64,000 nt of DNA. Source: Halobacteriovoraceae bacterium (GTDB lineage: Bacteria > Bdellovibrionota > Bacteriovoracia > Bacteriovoracales > Bacteriovoracaceae). The translations under genes were made by a program, and so were the position numbers. The DNA lies in assembly GCA_963719505.1 (NCBI GenBank), contig CAVRCF010000005.1:512001-576000 (forward strand), in the 5' to 3' direction. The notes beneath the pieces are model-generated. The model worked only from the letters and a program-made list of their open reading frames with translations, ran no database searches and was not told the origin of the DNA. Each line of letters opens with the position of its first letter. Position 1 is the stretch's first letter. Shown here piece by piece: positions 29,261-40,066 of this stretch.

Positions 29261-30388
29261 TTATCTGGATTTTGACGACTGTTTTTGTAATAAATACAGG
29301 ACAATACCTTGAAAAATAAATCCCAGTGAAAATGCCATCTTGAGTCCAAAAGCGTCAGAGACAACGCCAAAAACCCCATGAATAATCATTATCATTCCAT
29401 TAACAAATTTCATCATCAGTGGAATGAGTTCATCCGCCTTCTCCTGATAGGTTTTACTGACCCACCCAAGCATACAGGGAAAAAAGAAAGACATCGACAG
29501 ACCACATAATGATAAGAAAAAAGGATGAATCCACATGCCAAGGGTAATGGCCAATACTGAAAGACCACTTGAGATCTTCAAAATAAGTAACTCATCTATC
29601 TTAATTTTAATAAAAGCAAAGCTCAAACGCCCAACAAGAAGAAATAAAAAGAACAAGCTTAAAAAAAGAGCAGACTTTCCCGGTTCAAGAAGCCACACTT
29701 TATTAATATAAATGACCATTCTCGTAGAAACTAAAATCTCTGACGAAACGTAAAGAGAAATCAAAATCCCTAAACGAAAGGAGGTGGATCTATCGACCAA
29801 AACTTCTGAGCTCACCTTAGGAGAAAAACTATCATTTTGGATAGGTAAAAAAACAATCAAAACAAGTGCGGCACAGGCACTCAAGACAAAGAAAAAGGAA
29901 TACCAAGAAAAGCCAAAGCCTAGGTAAAAACTCAAAACTAAAGGTGCTGTGAAAGATGCTAAGCCATACATTGCATGCAAGCCCGAGAAAATCATCTGCT
30001 TTTTATCATCTGGAACATTTCGCGACAGTATTAGATTGTTTCCAACAGACAGAAGTCCCACAGATAAACCCAGAATCAGACTTCCCAGCAAAAACATTTT
30101 AAAGCTCAATCCCTCGCCTGCACAATAACCATAAATTAAAGTTGAAATGACCAACAGAAATACGGAGAGCTTCATAGAGTTATTAACCCCAAAAGTTCTA
30201 AAAATGGTTCCCGAAAAAAGTGTCATCATAAAAGCAAAGCCAGATGACAAACTAAAAACAAGGGAACCTTGTGAATTACTTAGATCAAAGAAAGTTAAAA
30301 TTTCTGGGTAAAGAGGCCCTCGAGAATTATCGATTAAACCAAAGACGAAAAGCGAGAAATAGGAAAATAAAATTAAAGACCACTTCAT
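29261..30388 (-). CDS. MFS transporter
   Basis: About 12 hydrophobic segments; LHAMYGLASFTAP and FLLVGR MFS-like motifs. Confidence 0.8.
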   Translation of the reverse strand: MKWSLILFSYFSLFVFGLIDNSRGPLYPEILTFFDLSNSQGSLVFSLSSGFAFMMTLFSGTIFRTFGVNNSMKLSVFLLVISTLIYGYCAGEGLSFKMFLLGSLILGLSVGLLSVGNNLILSRNVPDDKKQMIFSGLHAMYGLASFTAPLVLSFYLGFGFSWYSFFFVLSACAALVLIVFLPIQNDSFSPKVSSEVLVDRSTSFRLGILISLYVSSEILVSTRMVIYINKVWLLEPGKSALFLSLFFLFLLVGRLSFAFIKIKIDELLILKISSGLSVLAITLGMWIHPFFLSLCGLSMSFFFPCMLGWVSKTYQEKADELIPLMMKFVNGMIMIIHGVFGVVSDAFGLKMAFSLGFIFQGIVLYLLQKQSSKSR

Positions 30389-30432
30389 AGAGACCAGTTT
30401 ATACTGATCTCTAAAGTGTACGTCTAGATTTT

Positions 30433-30564
30433 TTAACTATTGTTGATATTATTTTTCACTATAAGTCTCGCCTGCTTTTTAGCGAATCGATTGTAGTGAA
30501 TTAAAGAGCTTCCCAATCCTAAGAATACTAACATTAAGCCTAATACGTTAACATCTGTTTCCAT
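30433..30564 (-). CDS. 43 aa single-TM small protein (not in ORF track)
   Basis: METDVNVLGLMLVFLGLGSSLIHYNRFAKKQARLIVKNNINNS; GGAG RBS; in-frame alternative ATG at 30576. Confidence 0.55.
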   Translation of the reverse strand: METDVNVLGLMLVFLGLGSSLIHYNRFAKKQARLIVKNNINNS

Positions 30565-30685
30565 ACTTTTCTCCATAAAGTTTAGTGTCCTCGTGACGCG
30601 TTTATTACAATCTATAGACCTTCCTGGTCTATAAATCCCACTCCTTGGGAAGCTGTAGCGGCTACCATCCTAGTAACCCTCTTGC
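30565..30685 (-). ncRNA. candidate CsrA/RsmA-binding RNA or structured leader with tandem AGGA-loop hairpins
   Basis: Hairpins GGTTACT-AGGAT-GGTAGCC (30660-30678), TCCCA-AGGAG-TGGGA (30636-30650) and TATAGACC-AGGAA-GGTCTATA (30613-30633), downstream of a sigma54 promoter. Confidence 0.5.
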
Positions 30686-30695
30686 CCCTATATGA

Positions 30696-30712
30696 AGCAC
30701 GAATCATGCCAA
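30696..30712 (-). promoter_or_regulatory. sigma54 -24/-12 promoter
   Basis: TTGGCATGATTCGTGCT (GG-N10-GC). Confidence 0.65.
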
Positions 30713-30727
30713 GTTTTAAAATCATAT

Positions 30728-30740
30728 TATCAAGCACTTA
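30728..30740. promoter_or_regulatory. IHF binding site
   Basis: TATCAAGCACTTA = WATCAANNNNTTR, just upstream of the sigma54 -24 box. Confidence 0.55.
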
Positions 30741-30948
30741 GCTCTAACTATAATGATACTGGTGTCATAGGACCAATAAAACTGGAGCTCTTTTGGTGTT
30801 TCTAAACAATATTGGGTGATTTTTTTAGTCTACCTTAAAACTCTTGAAATCATCTTTTCGATATGTCACCATTTATAGGAAGCTTCGCCGCACGGAGTTT
30901 CAAGTGAAGAAAAGATTTTTTCACTCAAGCTTAAGGAGTATAAGCACT

Positions 30949-31173
30949 ATGAATTCTGCATCTTACTATCTCATGAAAAACGGTTTTATTTTACGTCTAG
31001 AAGAGCCCCTAGATCAAGCGGATGTTCCTCTACTCATCAAAGCAAATTTATTTGATAAAGAACAAGTAAATGCTTTAAATCAAGAACAAGCGAACTTTAG
31101 AGTTGCAATCTTTAGAGACGAAATCTTGGAACTACCTGAATATTCAGAAAGAGTTTTTGGACAAGTTTACTAA
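30949..31173 (+). CDS. small hypothetical protein
   Basis: AAGGAG RBS before ATG 30949; 74 aa. Confidence 0.6.
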   Translation: MNSASYYLMKNGFILRLEEPLDQADVPLLIKANLFDKEQVNALNQEQANFRVAIFRDEILELPEYSERVFGQVY

Positions 31174-31182
31174 AAGTATATC

Positions 31183-31209
31183 TCATTTAAATTTTTAATT
31201 TGCCGATAA
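31183..31209 (+). promoter_or_regulatory. sigma28-type promoter (perfect -10)
   Basis: GCCGATAA at 31202-31209, 7 nt before the ATG; -35 weak (TCAT). Confidence 0.45.
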
Positions 31210-31216
31210 GGTAGAC

Positions 31217-31882
31217 ATGAAGTTAATCCTCTTAACATTGCTCATGTCCCTTTCGGCACGCTCTTTTGACCTTTTACCACATTGTAAAATCGAGGGAAAC
31301 CAACAGAATATATCTTGTGAACACAAAACTAATAGCAAAGAAATTAACGACCTAATCGCTGTTATTATTGGCACAGAATATAAAGATCTTATTGAGGATT
31401 ACACGCAAGGAAGAATACAGACAAGGATTTTTAAAAGCGATAATTACTATTTAAAAACTTCATTTAAACTGTCCCATATTCTTAAAAATGAGCGCACCTA
31501 CTTCATCGATTTAAACGAAAACCTTTTTGATTGCTCTCCTGACTATCAGTCTTTAAAAGCAATTTTAACCCATGAAATACAACATCTATCAGACTACAAA
31601 AAAATGAACGTCGCCAAGCTAATCCAGTTAGGCGCAAAGATGCTTTCGCGAAAAGGTCGCTCAAAATACGAAAGAGAAACTGACTTTAAAGTGTTGGAAA
31701 AAAAACAAGCAGTTGGTATTAGAGGCTATCGAAAATGGATATACGAAAGGCTTGATGACAAAGGATTAAAATTCAAGAGATGCTTTTATTACACCCCTGA
31801 GGAGATTGACCGCTATATCTCTGGGGAGAGAGATTTTAATGATTACTATGAAAAGTACTGTAAAAATATCAGAAAGAAATAA
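31217..31882 (+). CDS. secreted HExxH putative metallopeptidase
   Basis: Signal peptide; LTHEIQH plus a downstream YERETD. Confidence 0.65.
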   Translation: MKLILLTLLMSLSARSFDLLPHCKIEGNQQNISCEHKTNSKEINDLIAVIIGTEYKDLIEDYTQGRIQTRIFKSDNYYLKTSFKLSHILKNERTYFIDLNENLFDCSPDYQSLKAILTHEIQHLSDYKKMNVAKLIQLGAKMLSRKGRSKYERETDFKVLEKKQAVGIRGYRKWIYERLDDKGLKFKRCFYYTPEEIDRYISGERDFNDYYEKYCKNIRKK

Positions 31883-32519
31883 TGTCAATTTTTAAGTTAG
31901 TTTTTATGGAGTCTTTAAATTTTACTTCAAGTTGAGCGCTCGCTTTTTCTTCAGCTTTAAAAATAATTTTATCGTCCGTTATATCAAAGCACTCAATGCT
32001 TTCAAGTGAATAACCTTCTTTGTAATAGTAGAATGATAAAAACTCTTCCACGATTTCAAATTGCTCTGAGAGGGAACGACTCTCCAAAGTTCCCAAGTTC
32101 TCGTCAAAGAAAAACCTTTGCCCTTTCGATCCCAAAACAAGGGACTTCATTTTTTCACCGAGACCCACAACCTCATACAGTTCCTGAGAATAGGCCGAAA
32201 AAGCACTTTGAGACTGATTGTCCCTAAGGAAGTAGTCGAGCTCTTTAAGAGGAAATCTATCTATCGCCTCAAGGGGTTTACCTTGAATAAGATGAAAAAA
32301 TCCATCGATAACACCTAAATACTCTCCTCTATATGAAGTCTCGTAACGTGCTTTGGAAACCAGCAGCTCGCTATCTTGAAAAGTATTAAAAAAGATTGTC
32401 ACTTCAGCTTTCAATTGGTTTAAAGTCGTTTTAAATTCATGGTCAAAGAGCTCTTTTTCTCCATGTCTTAAATGTATGGGACTGTCAGATAAAGACAAGC
32501 ATCTTTTTGAAAAGATCAC
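31869..32519 (-). CDS. hypothetical protein
   Basis: 216 aa ORF with a GTGA overlap to the upstream phosphoesterase. Confidence 0.6.
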   Translation of the reverse strand: MIFSKRCLSLSDSPIHLRHGEKELFDHEFKTTLNQLKAEVTIFFNTFQDSELLVSKARYETSYRGEYLGVIDGFFHLIQGKPLEAIDRFPLKELDYFLRDNQSQSAFSAYSQELYEVVGLGEKMKSLVLGSKGQRFFFDENLGTLESRSLSEQFEIVEEFLSFYYYKEGYSLESIECFDITDDKIIFKAEEKASAQLEVKFKDSIKTNLKIDIISF

Positions 32520-33370
32520 TCAGAGATCTCTGCTGTGTGGAGGACAACTCTTTTACTATCAACAACACCAATAAATTCATAGCCAAATTTAATTGGAGAA
32601 CTTGCTTGCAAAGTAAGAACTAAATAGCCTGCTTTTGACTCGCCCCAGACTTTGGCTTTTTTTCTAAGAGGTCTCAACTTCCCCCCTGCACCAGAGATGA
32701 GATATCTAACTCCATCCCGCTGCCCTTCATCACTGAGGTGGTGTTCGTGGCCAGATATGTAGACCTTAGTATTTGGGCTTAAAGCTCGTTTTATAAATTC
32801 TCTAACGATAAAAGGAGAATCCCCGTGGGCTCCCGAGCTGATTAAAGGATGATGCCCTGTAAAAATTGAGAACTTACACCCGGCAAATTCACTGGAAATA
32901 TCATCAAGCCATAGCAGTTGCTTGATAAAAAAAGCATTTGTATCCAAAGTTGTTATACAAATATCCCCTAGTTTTTGATGATAAAAAGGAGATGGAAAAA
33001 TTATATTTTTATAGTTTTTAGCAATGTCATACCAAACCTGAGTGTTTCCTTGATAGTCGTGGTTGCCAAGGCTTATATAAAGAGGAGTGGATTCTAAAAG
33101 CTCTTTATAAGGTCCTACAAATTTCTGAGTGAAATTTTTATCTTCAATACCTGAAAGCCCATCCTTATAGATAATATCACCTAGCATATGGATATCAGCA
33201 CATCCTTCTCTACTTAGAATTTTAGCTACGGCCATTTGTTGTTTTTTACCAGAACCAGTATCACCGATAAAGCAAAGCTTTGAGCCAACGGGTAGTGAGG
33301 TTTGACTAAAGACTACTGGATCCTGATGAAAAAAATTGCATGATGAAAACAAAAGAAAAAAGCCCCACAT
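32516..33370 (-). CDS. calcineurin-like metallophosphoesterase (purple acid phosphatase-like)
   Basis: IGDTG, LGDIIY, LGNHD, GHHP, SGHEH, SGAGG. Confidence 0.88.
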   Translation of the reverse strand: MWGFFLLFSSCNFFHQDPVVFSQTSLPVGSKLCFIGDTGSGKKQQMAVAKILSREGCADIHMLGDIIYKDGLSGIEDKNFTQKFVGPYKELLESTPLYISLGNHDYQGNTQVWYDIAKNYKNIIFPSPFYHQKLGDICITTLDTNAFFIKQLLWLDDISSEFAGCKFSIFTGHHPLISSGAHGDSPFIVREFIKRALSPNTKVYISGHEHHLSDEGQRDGVRYLISGAGGKLRPLRKKAKVWGESKAGYLVLTLQASSPIKFGYEFIGVVDSKRVVLHTAEISE

Positions 33371-33383
33371 AATGTGAGGCTTT
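33356..33383 (-). terminator. terminator of the act operon
   Basis: rc AAAGCCTCACAT-T-ATGTGGGGCTTTTTT; overlaps the annotated start of the next gene. Confidence 0.6.
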
Positions 33384-33407
33384 ATATTTTTACTAAAAGT
33401 TAAAATA

Positions 33408-34601
33408 CTATTGATGAAGATGAATACCTTCTTCTAGTTGAGGATCGCCTTTTGCGATAATATCTTTTTTACTAAAAGCAGAACCAACCACAAAAATAAA
33501 CAAGCCTGCAAATCCAAGCCACTGAGCTAATTGAAGTGCACCAAAGCCACTTGAAGCAAGAGAATGAACACCATGGTGCTCAAAAACTTTTGGAGCAACC
33601 AATAGATAGAGATCTAAAAAGTGACCAACAAGTAAAATGATAGCGACAAGTTTTAATCTTTTCATATTTCTTTTAGCTGGACGGCTCATAAGAAGGAGAA
33701 AAGGTGCTCCCCAGTTAAGGATAAGGTTTAAAGCCCACTGAAATTGCCAGTGTTCAAATCTTAAGACGTAATATTCAGTTTCCTCTGGAATATTTGCATA
33801 CCAGATAAGTAAAAATTGAGAAAGCCATGTATAGGCCCAAAAAGTTGAGAAACCAAACATCCATTTTCCCATATCGTGAAGATGGTTATCGTTGATGATG
33901 CCCTTGAAGTAGCCTCTCTCTTTGAGAAAGATAGTTGCAAGACAGATAAATGACATACCCGAAACAAAACTTCCCGCAAAAACATTGACGCCGTAGATGG
34001 TAGAAAACCAGTGAGGTTCAACACTCATAAGCCAGTCAAACGAAGCAACAGAGATAGCAATGGCAAACAAGACAAGCCCTAATGCACTTGAACCGACAAT
34101 CTTATCAGCAACATCATGACCTTCGTCTTGTCTTAGAGATAATTTCGTTAATCGCATTCCAACAAAAATCCACGCTGCAAAAATGAGAACCATTCTTATC
34201 ATATAGAAAGACTCATTTAACCATGCTGTCTTTTGGCTTAAAATGGGATCATTTGCTACAAGCTCCGTATGAGTCCATTCATAAACTGAATGAAGACCAA
34301 AATACGTCAGAAGCATCAAGACAGCACCGTAAGGTAAGAATTTAGTCATTGCTTCAGGAATACGTTTATAAGGCGTAATCCAAGATGCCTGTAAAACTCC
34401 TGTTACTGCCAAAAAGAAAACTCCTGAAACTGCAATTGTCACGAAGTAGACATTATTAACAATAAAATCAACCCAAGCGATTGTGGGATTCAAAAGAAAG
34501 CCACAAACTGTCGCAATAATTCCAATGACAATGAGAACTAAAGAGGTTGTTTTAAGTCCGCCTTTGAATTCATAATTTTTTATATCTAAGTTAGTACTCA
34601 C
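33408..34601 (-). CDS. actF: alternative complex III subunit F
   Basis: About 10 TMs, DWLMSVEPHWFSTIYG, HDMGK, FWAYTWLSQFLLIWYANIPEE. Confidence 0.9.
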   Translation of the reverse strand: MSTNLDIKNYEFKGGLKTTSLVLIVIGIIATVCGFLLNPTIAWVDFIVNNVYFVTIAVSGVFFLAVTGVLQASWITPYKRIPEAMTKFLPYGAVLMLLTYFGLHSVYEWTHTELVANDPILSQKTAWLNESFYMIRMVLIFAAWIFVGMRLTKLSLRQDEGHDVADKIVGSSALGLVLFAIAISVASFDWLMSVEPHWFSTIYGVNVFAGSFVSGMSFICLATIFLKERGYFKGIINDNHLHDMGKWMFGFSTFWAYTWLSQFLLIWYANIPEETEYYVLRFEHWQFQWALNLILNWGAPFLLLMSRPAKRNMKRLKLVAIILLVGHFLDLYLLVAPKVFEHHGVHSLASSGFGALQLAQWLGFAGLFIFVVGSAFSKKDIIAKGDPQLEEGIHLHQ

Positions 34602-34610
34602 GTTTATCCC

Positions 34611-35180
34611 CTATTTCCTTCTCTTTTTCTTTTTCATTAGTTTTTCACGAACGTATTCAGAAACATGCCATCTATCTATTGGATGAAGTTGCTGAGCGTA
34701 TGAAGACATATTCCCAAGACCATATGTGATCACATTATAAACATGACCTGCAGGGTACTTATCTCTTTTCTTCCACTTTCTAGCGTTGAACTTAGGAGGT
34801 TTTGGATAACCACCTTTAGTAACGACAAGTCCGTCCGCTAACCCTTTGTCTCCGTGACAAGAAGAACACATTGCTTGGTAGAGCATTTCTCCGCGCTCCC
34901 AAGCATAATCATCCATTTGATACGGATTCGAAAGAACTTGTGGGTTACCTTCTTCATTCATTGGATGAGGAAGAAAGCCTCTAGAGATTGTTCCTTCTCT
35001 GGCCAATTGGTTTGTCTGCCCATTAGCATAAAGATAGTTCTCCGTCTGCGCTTCATAAGCCTTGGAGTAAGCCATATCAGTTATGATATTGTAACCCGTG
35101 CTATTTTTTCCACCTGAGCAGGAACTAAAAGCAAGAATTGAAATCAGGCTTATCAGTAATTTTGTTTTATTATTTTTCAC
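34611..35180 (-). CDS. actE: alternative complex III monoheme cytochrome c lipoprotein
   Basis: Lipobox FSSC, DMAYS, CSSCHG, GNMSSYA. Confidence 0.88.
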   Translation of the reverse strand: MKNNKTKLLISLISILAFSSCSGGKNSTGYNIITDMAYSKAYEAQTENYLYANGQTNQLAREGTISRGFLPHPMNEEGNPQVLSNPYQMDDYAWERGEMLYQAMCSSCHGDKGLADGLVVTKGGYPKPPKFNARKWKKRDKYPAGHVYNVITYGLGNMSSYAQQLHPIDRWHVSEYVREKLMKKKKRRK

Positions 35181-35190
35181 TAATTTCCCC

Positions 35191-35715
35191 TTATATACTT
35201 AAATCAATATTTTGAACTCTAACTTCTACAGCTCCACCCTCTTTTAAAAGAGCAGTGACATCGTCGAGATTCGTTTTGTTTTTATCAATTGCCATTATAA
35301 ACTTATCATCAGTCTGAGCTGGATCGATGATCACAGGTTTCTTCCCTGGAAAAAGTTTATTGAATGCCAAAAATGCAGCAACAGTAGTATGTGCACCAAT
35401 AAGAACAGTGAATTCAAAAGTAATTGGTAGAAAACTTGGAATAGACATAAATGGCTTTCCACCGATGTTGATAGGCCAATCAATATTAAAAACCCACATT
35501 TGAAATGATAACGCCAAAACCATACCCGTTAGACCAGCTAACAAAGTGATGTAAGGCAGAAAACTTCTTTTGATACCCATGGCCTCATCTAATCCATGGA
35601 CAGGAAAAGGAGTGTAAATATCGTAGATTTCAATATTCTTTGACACAAGCTTCTCTGTTGAATGGAGAAGCTTCTCGTCGTCCAAAAAAGTTGCGATTAC
35701 GTAGTCTTTGTTCAT
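35191..35715 (-). CDS. actD: alternative complex III subunit D (DUF3341)
   Basis: YTPFPVHGLD, DWPINIGGKP, PITFEFTVL. Confidence 0.9.
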   Translation of the reverse strand: MNKDYVIATFLDDEKLLHSTEKLVSKNIEIYDIYTPFPVHGLDEAMGIKRSFLPYITLLAGLTGMVLALSFQMWVFNIDWPINIGGKPFMSIPSFLPITFEFTVLIGAHTTVAAFLAFNKLFPGKKPVIIDPAQTDDKFIMAIDKNKTNLDDVTALLKEGGAVEVRVQNIDLSI

Positions 35716-37090
35716 TATTTATTCCCTCTCGCGTATCTATAAACAGACTTAACTTCTGCCACAGCGATTCCTGGAAAGAATCTAATGAAGAGGAAAAAAA
35801 GTGTAAAAAATAATCCAAATGTTCCAATAAATGTCCAAATCTCAACCCAAGTAGGAGAATACATAACCCACGAAGATGGAAGATAATCTCTGTGAAGTGA
35901 AGTTGTGATAATAACAAATCGCTCAAACCACATCCCGATATTAACAAAGATTGAAATAATAAAAACAAAAACCATATTTCTTCTAAGCTTTTTAAACCAA
36001 AAGAACTGAGGAGAGATAACGTTACAAGAAATCATTGACCAATATGCCCACCAATATGGACCAGTAGCTCTAGTTAGTAAAAGCATATTGCTCGTATTCA
36101 TTTCCTGAATACCAAGCCATAAAAAACTCAGTTCCGTAGGCAAGACCAACCATCGATACCAGTAAGACAATAACCTTACACATGGCATCAATATGACCTT
36201 CAGTAATATAGTTTTCCCAGTTCATGATCTTTTCTCGTGAGAATCAAAAGAGTACAAACCATGGCAAAACCAGAAAAGATTGCACCGGCAACAAAGTATG
36301 GAGGAAAGATAGTTGTGTGCCATCCAGGAATAACTGAAGTTGCAAAGTCAAAAGATACAATCGTGTGAACCGAAAGAACTAGTGGAGTTGCAAGGCCCGC
36401 AAGAATAAGTGATAAAACTTCAAAGTGATGCCAAGTTCTTGTTGAACCATTCCAACCAAAAGAGAAAATACCGTATATTAATTTTCTATAATTTGATTTC
36501 GTTCTATCTCTTATTGTTGCAAGATCTGGAAGAAGACCCATATACCAAAAAACTAAGTGAGACTGTTAGGTAAGTCGAAATTGCGAAAACATCCCAAAGA
36601 AGTGGTGATCTAAAGTTAACCCAAAGAGGTCCTCTTGTATTTGGATAAGGAAAAACCCAATAAAGAAGCCAAGGACGTCCAGCGTGAATAAGGGAAATAT
36701 ACCAGCACAGGCAACAGCAAAAATTGTCATTGCCTCAGCTGCTCTGTTAATCCCCGTTCTCCATCTTTGTCTAAAGATTAAAAGAATCGCAGAAATAAGT
36801 GTTCCTGCGTGACCAATACCAACCCAAAAAACGAAGTTCGTAATATCCCAAGACCAACCAACAGTCTTATTCAGATCCCCAAGTACCAATCCCAGTTCCA
36901 ACTTGATAAAGAATGACCATCAAAAACCCTATCGTTAAGATAAGAAGCAGAAATTGAAAAACCTATAAGCCAAGCTTTAGTAGGTGGAGCTTCAAGTGTA
37001 TCAAGAATATCTTCAGATATTTGCTTATAGCTTCTCTCTTCGGTTACAAGCTAATTCTGTTCTTAATTTTGAAACATGCGCATCTGACAT
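35715..37090 (-). CDS. actC: alternative complex III NrfD-family subunit C (frameshifted in this assembly)
   Basis: Fragments 36566-36901 ([23 protein letters not shown]), 36200-36541 ([29 protein letters not shown]) and 35715-36191 ([18 protein letters not shown]) join through several indels; start ATG 37090. Confidence 0.85.
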
Positions 37091-37104
37091 AATCTATTCC
37101 TTAC

Positions 37105-40018
37105 CTATTTATTTCTAATTTTTGTTAAGTAACTAACTCTTGGTTTAACATTAAGTTCTTCAAGAACTGTATAGTTTCTCTCGTGCCCTAGATATTCTAG
37201 AGATTTTGACTTCTTTATCATTCATATCACCAAAGACAATTGCATCACCCGGACAAGACTGCTGACAAGCAACTTTGATATCACCGTCTTTAAAGCTACG
37301 TCTTTCTCTTTTTGCCTGTAAGTTTTCCATCTTGAATTCTTTGAATACACAGAGAACATTTCTCCATGACTCCACGAGATCTAATTGAGAAACATCTGGG
37401 TTAAGAGCCATTTTCGCCATTTTGTCTGAGCGATCATAGTTAAACCAGTTGAATCTTCTAACTTTATAAGGACAGTTGTTTGCACAATATCTTGTCCCAA
37501 CACATCTGTTATAAATTTGCTGATTGATACCATCACTTGAGTGAACAGTGGCAAGAACAGGACAAACGTTTTCACAAGGAGCATTTTCACAGTGCTGACA
37601 AAGCATTGGCATGTGCATAACTTCAGGTTGATGCTTCATCACCTTTATAGTAACGATCAAGTCTCATCCAGTGCATTTCACGTCGGTTAGCAACTTCTTG
37701 ACGACCAACAACGGAACATTGTTTTCAGCATTACAAGAAACAATACAAGCACTGAACATCCAGTACAATTATTGAGATCAATGGACATTGCCCACTGATG
37801 CCCATCTTTTTTATGTTCAGGATAAATATTTACAAGTTTTGCACTTCTGTGACCTGTCTTTGGATTTTTTGAATAATCAGACAAGCCCAGCTTCTCTAAC
37901 GATATCTCTGCCTTCCATATATTGGTGAGTTTGAGACTGAGCTAGACCTTTAAAAGTTCCTGTTTTTGATATTGTTCCATAAGATAAAGAGTTTTGAGTC
38001 GATCCATTAGCAAACCTATTAAAAGCAAAGGCATTACCACCAAGGTTCTTTGCCACTTTACCAGCGACACTTCTTCCGTACCCAACTGCAACTGCAACTG
38101 TATTCATCTCAGTTCCAGGTTGAACAATTGCTGGAATTGTTATCTCGTGAGAATCAGATTTAAGAGTAACTAGATCTCCCGACTTGATTGAATTATCTTT
38201 TGCGTACTTTGGACTAATCATCGCATAGTTGTCCCAAGTTGCTTTGGTAATTGGATCAGGAAGCTCTTGTAGCCATGGATTATTGGCCATATCCCCATCC
38301 ATTATCGCCGTTTTTTGGTAAGTGATAATTTGAAGACCTGACTTATAAGTGATGTTCTGAACGTTTCTCACGTAAGGAGCAACGCCAATTGAACTTGTAT
38401 TAACATTACTTGAGAGACCATCAAGAGAAACAACGCCATCATGAAGAGACTTATTCCAAAAGTCAGTCGCATTTATATAGCCAGAACTTTTTGAGAAAAG
38501 ATTTTTCTCCCAAAACCCTTTCATATAATCGTAGAAAGTTCCTTTCATTGAAAGAGTGGCCATCAGAGTTTCTGAAAACATTCTTGAACCAAAAAGTGGC
38601 TGAACCACAGGTTGAGTAAATGAGAGTTCTTTTGAAGAAACTAAAGTATCTGACCAAGTCTCGTATGGATGATTTCCAGTGGCATTGAAATTTGAAAGTG
38701 AACTTGTCTCGTCGTTAGATAAAGCAAAAGTTACTCTTGTATCGACCTTCGCATAAGCCTTCTTAAATATATCAGCTTTTGGATAGTTGTAAGCTGGATT
38801 TACTCCAACAAGTAAAACTGCTCCGACGTTTCCGGTATTCATCTTAGTCACTAACTCTTCAAAAGCTTTGTCGTCAGCAAGAACCTTATGATCTGAAGCC
38901 ACAACACTAATGGTCTTTCCATAACTGCCTAAAGCGACATTGATTTGGTTAACAATAACTTGAACATTCACATCAGTGTCACTTGATACAACCAAAGACT
39001 TTCCACTGTTGGCCTTAAGTTCTTTAACTAGGCTTGCCACCATATCCTTGTGAGCAGAGTCAACTTTTACTTCTGCTCCGGTAACTCCTTGAAGAACGCC
39101 AAGAAGAATCGATCTAGAGTCCTTAAGAGATTTAGTATGTCTAAAGTCTGCATTTGAACCCGTTAAACTCATGATCGGCTCAATTTGAATATGTCTACTC
39201 ATTCCACCTTGGGCTTTTGGATTTCTCTTAGAAACATATTGTTTCGTATAAGCAGAAGAATTCCCCCAACTTCCTAGAAAGTCAGCACCAAAAGATAAAA
39301 TTAAATTAGCTTTATCAAAGGAGTATTCATTAGTTGCTTTCTTACCAAATGAAATTTCATTAGCAGCCGTTTGAGAGTAATCAGAAGTTCCTTCGTAAGC
39401 TATATGTGTTGCCCCAAAAGATTGACAAAACTCTTTTATAAGAGCGATTTCACTTGGTGAAGCCATGGCTGGTGTAACGATGTGAATTTCTTTTCCAGAT
39501 TCTTTTGCCGAGTTTAAAGCAGCAATAAGTTTTTCATCAAACTGATTCCATTCAACACTTTGTCCATCTACTAAGGGAGCATCTAGACGATTTGAATCGT
39601 AAAGAGATAAAACTGAAGCTTGAGCTTGAGACCCAACTCCCCCACCAGTGAAGGTCGATTTAGCATTACCTTCAATCTTTATAGGACGTCCTTCTCTCGT
39701 CTTAACGAGAACAGGTGTTCCTTTGAAAGTAGATCCGTACCAGTTTGCAACTCCGGGAAGAACTGTATCATTTTTATATAAATAAGGGATCGCGGCTCTT
39801 ACTGGAATTTTCACACACCCAGTTAATGGAAGTGCTGTGACGGAGAATCCCATAATCTTAAGAAAACTTCTTCTCGATTTTTCTACCGAAAAAGAATCAA
39901 ACTCATCGTCCTTAAATTCTTTATCTACTTTTTCTTGATCTTGAACTTTGTTTTCAACATCTTGCCAATAACCTTCAGAAGGTTTGTTGCCGTTTTCATT
40001 TGTTTCAAATTTGCTCAT
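37105..40018 (-). CDS. actB: alternative complex III subunit B (molybdopterin-oxidoreductase-like plus Fe-S; frameshifted C-terminal part)
   Basis: Tat motif [36 protein letters not shown]; Fe-S part [37 protein letters not shown] spread across frames; stop TAG at 37105-37107. Confidence 0.88.
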
Positions 40019-40066
40019 TATATTTACCTTTAAAATTATTAATTATTTAAAATTAGTAATGAAATA

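Noticed and set aside
36040-37900. Programmed ribosomal frameshifting in actB/actC
   Set aside because: Too many shifts in both directions and no slippery-site structure; sequence error is more parsimonious.
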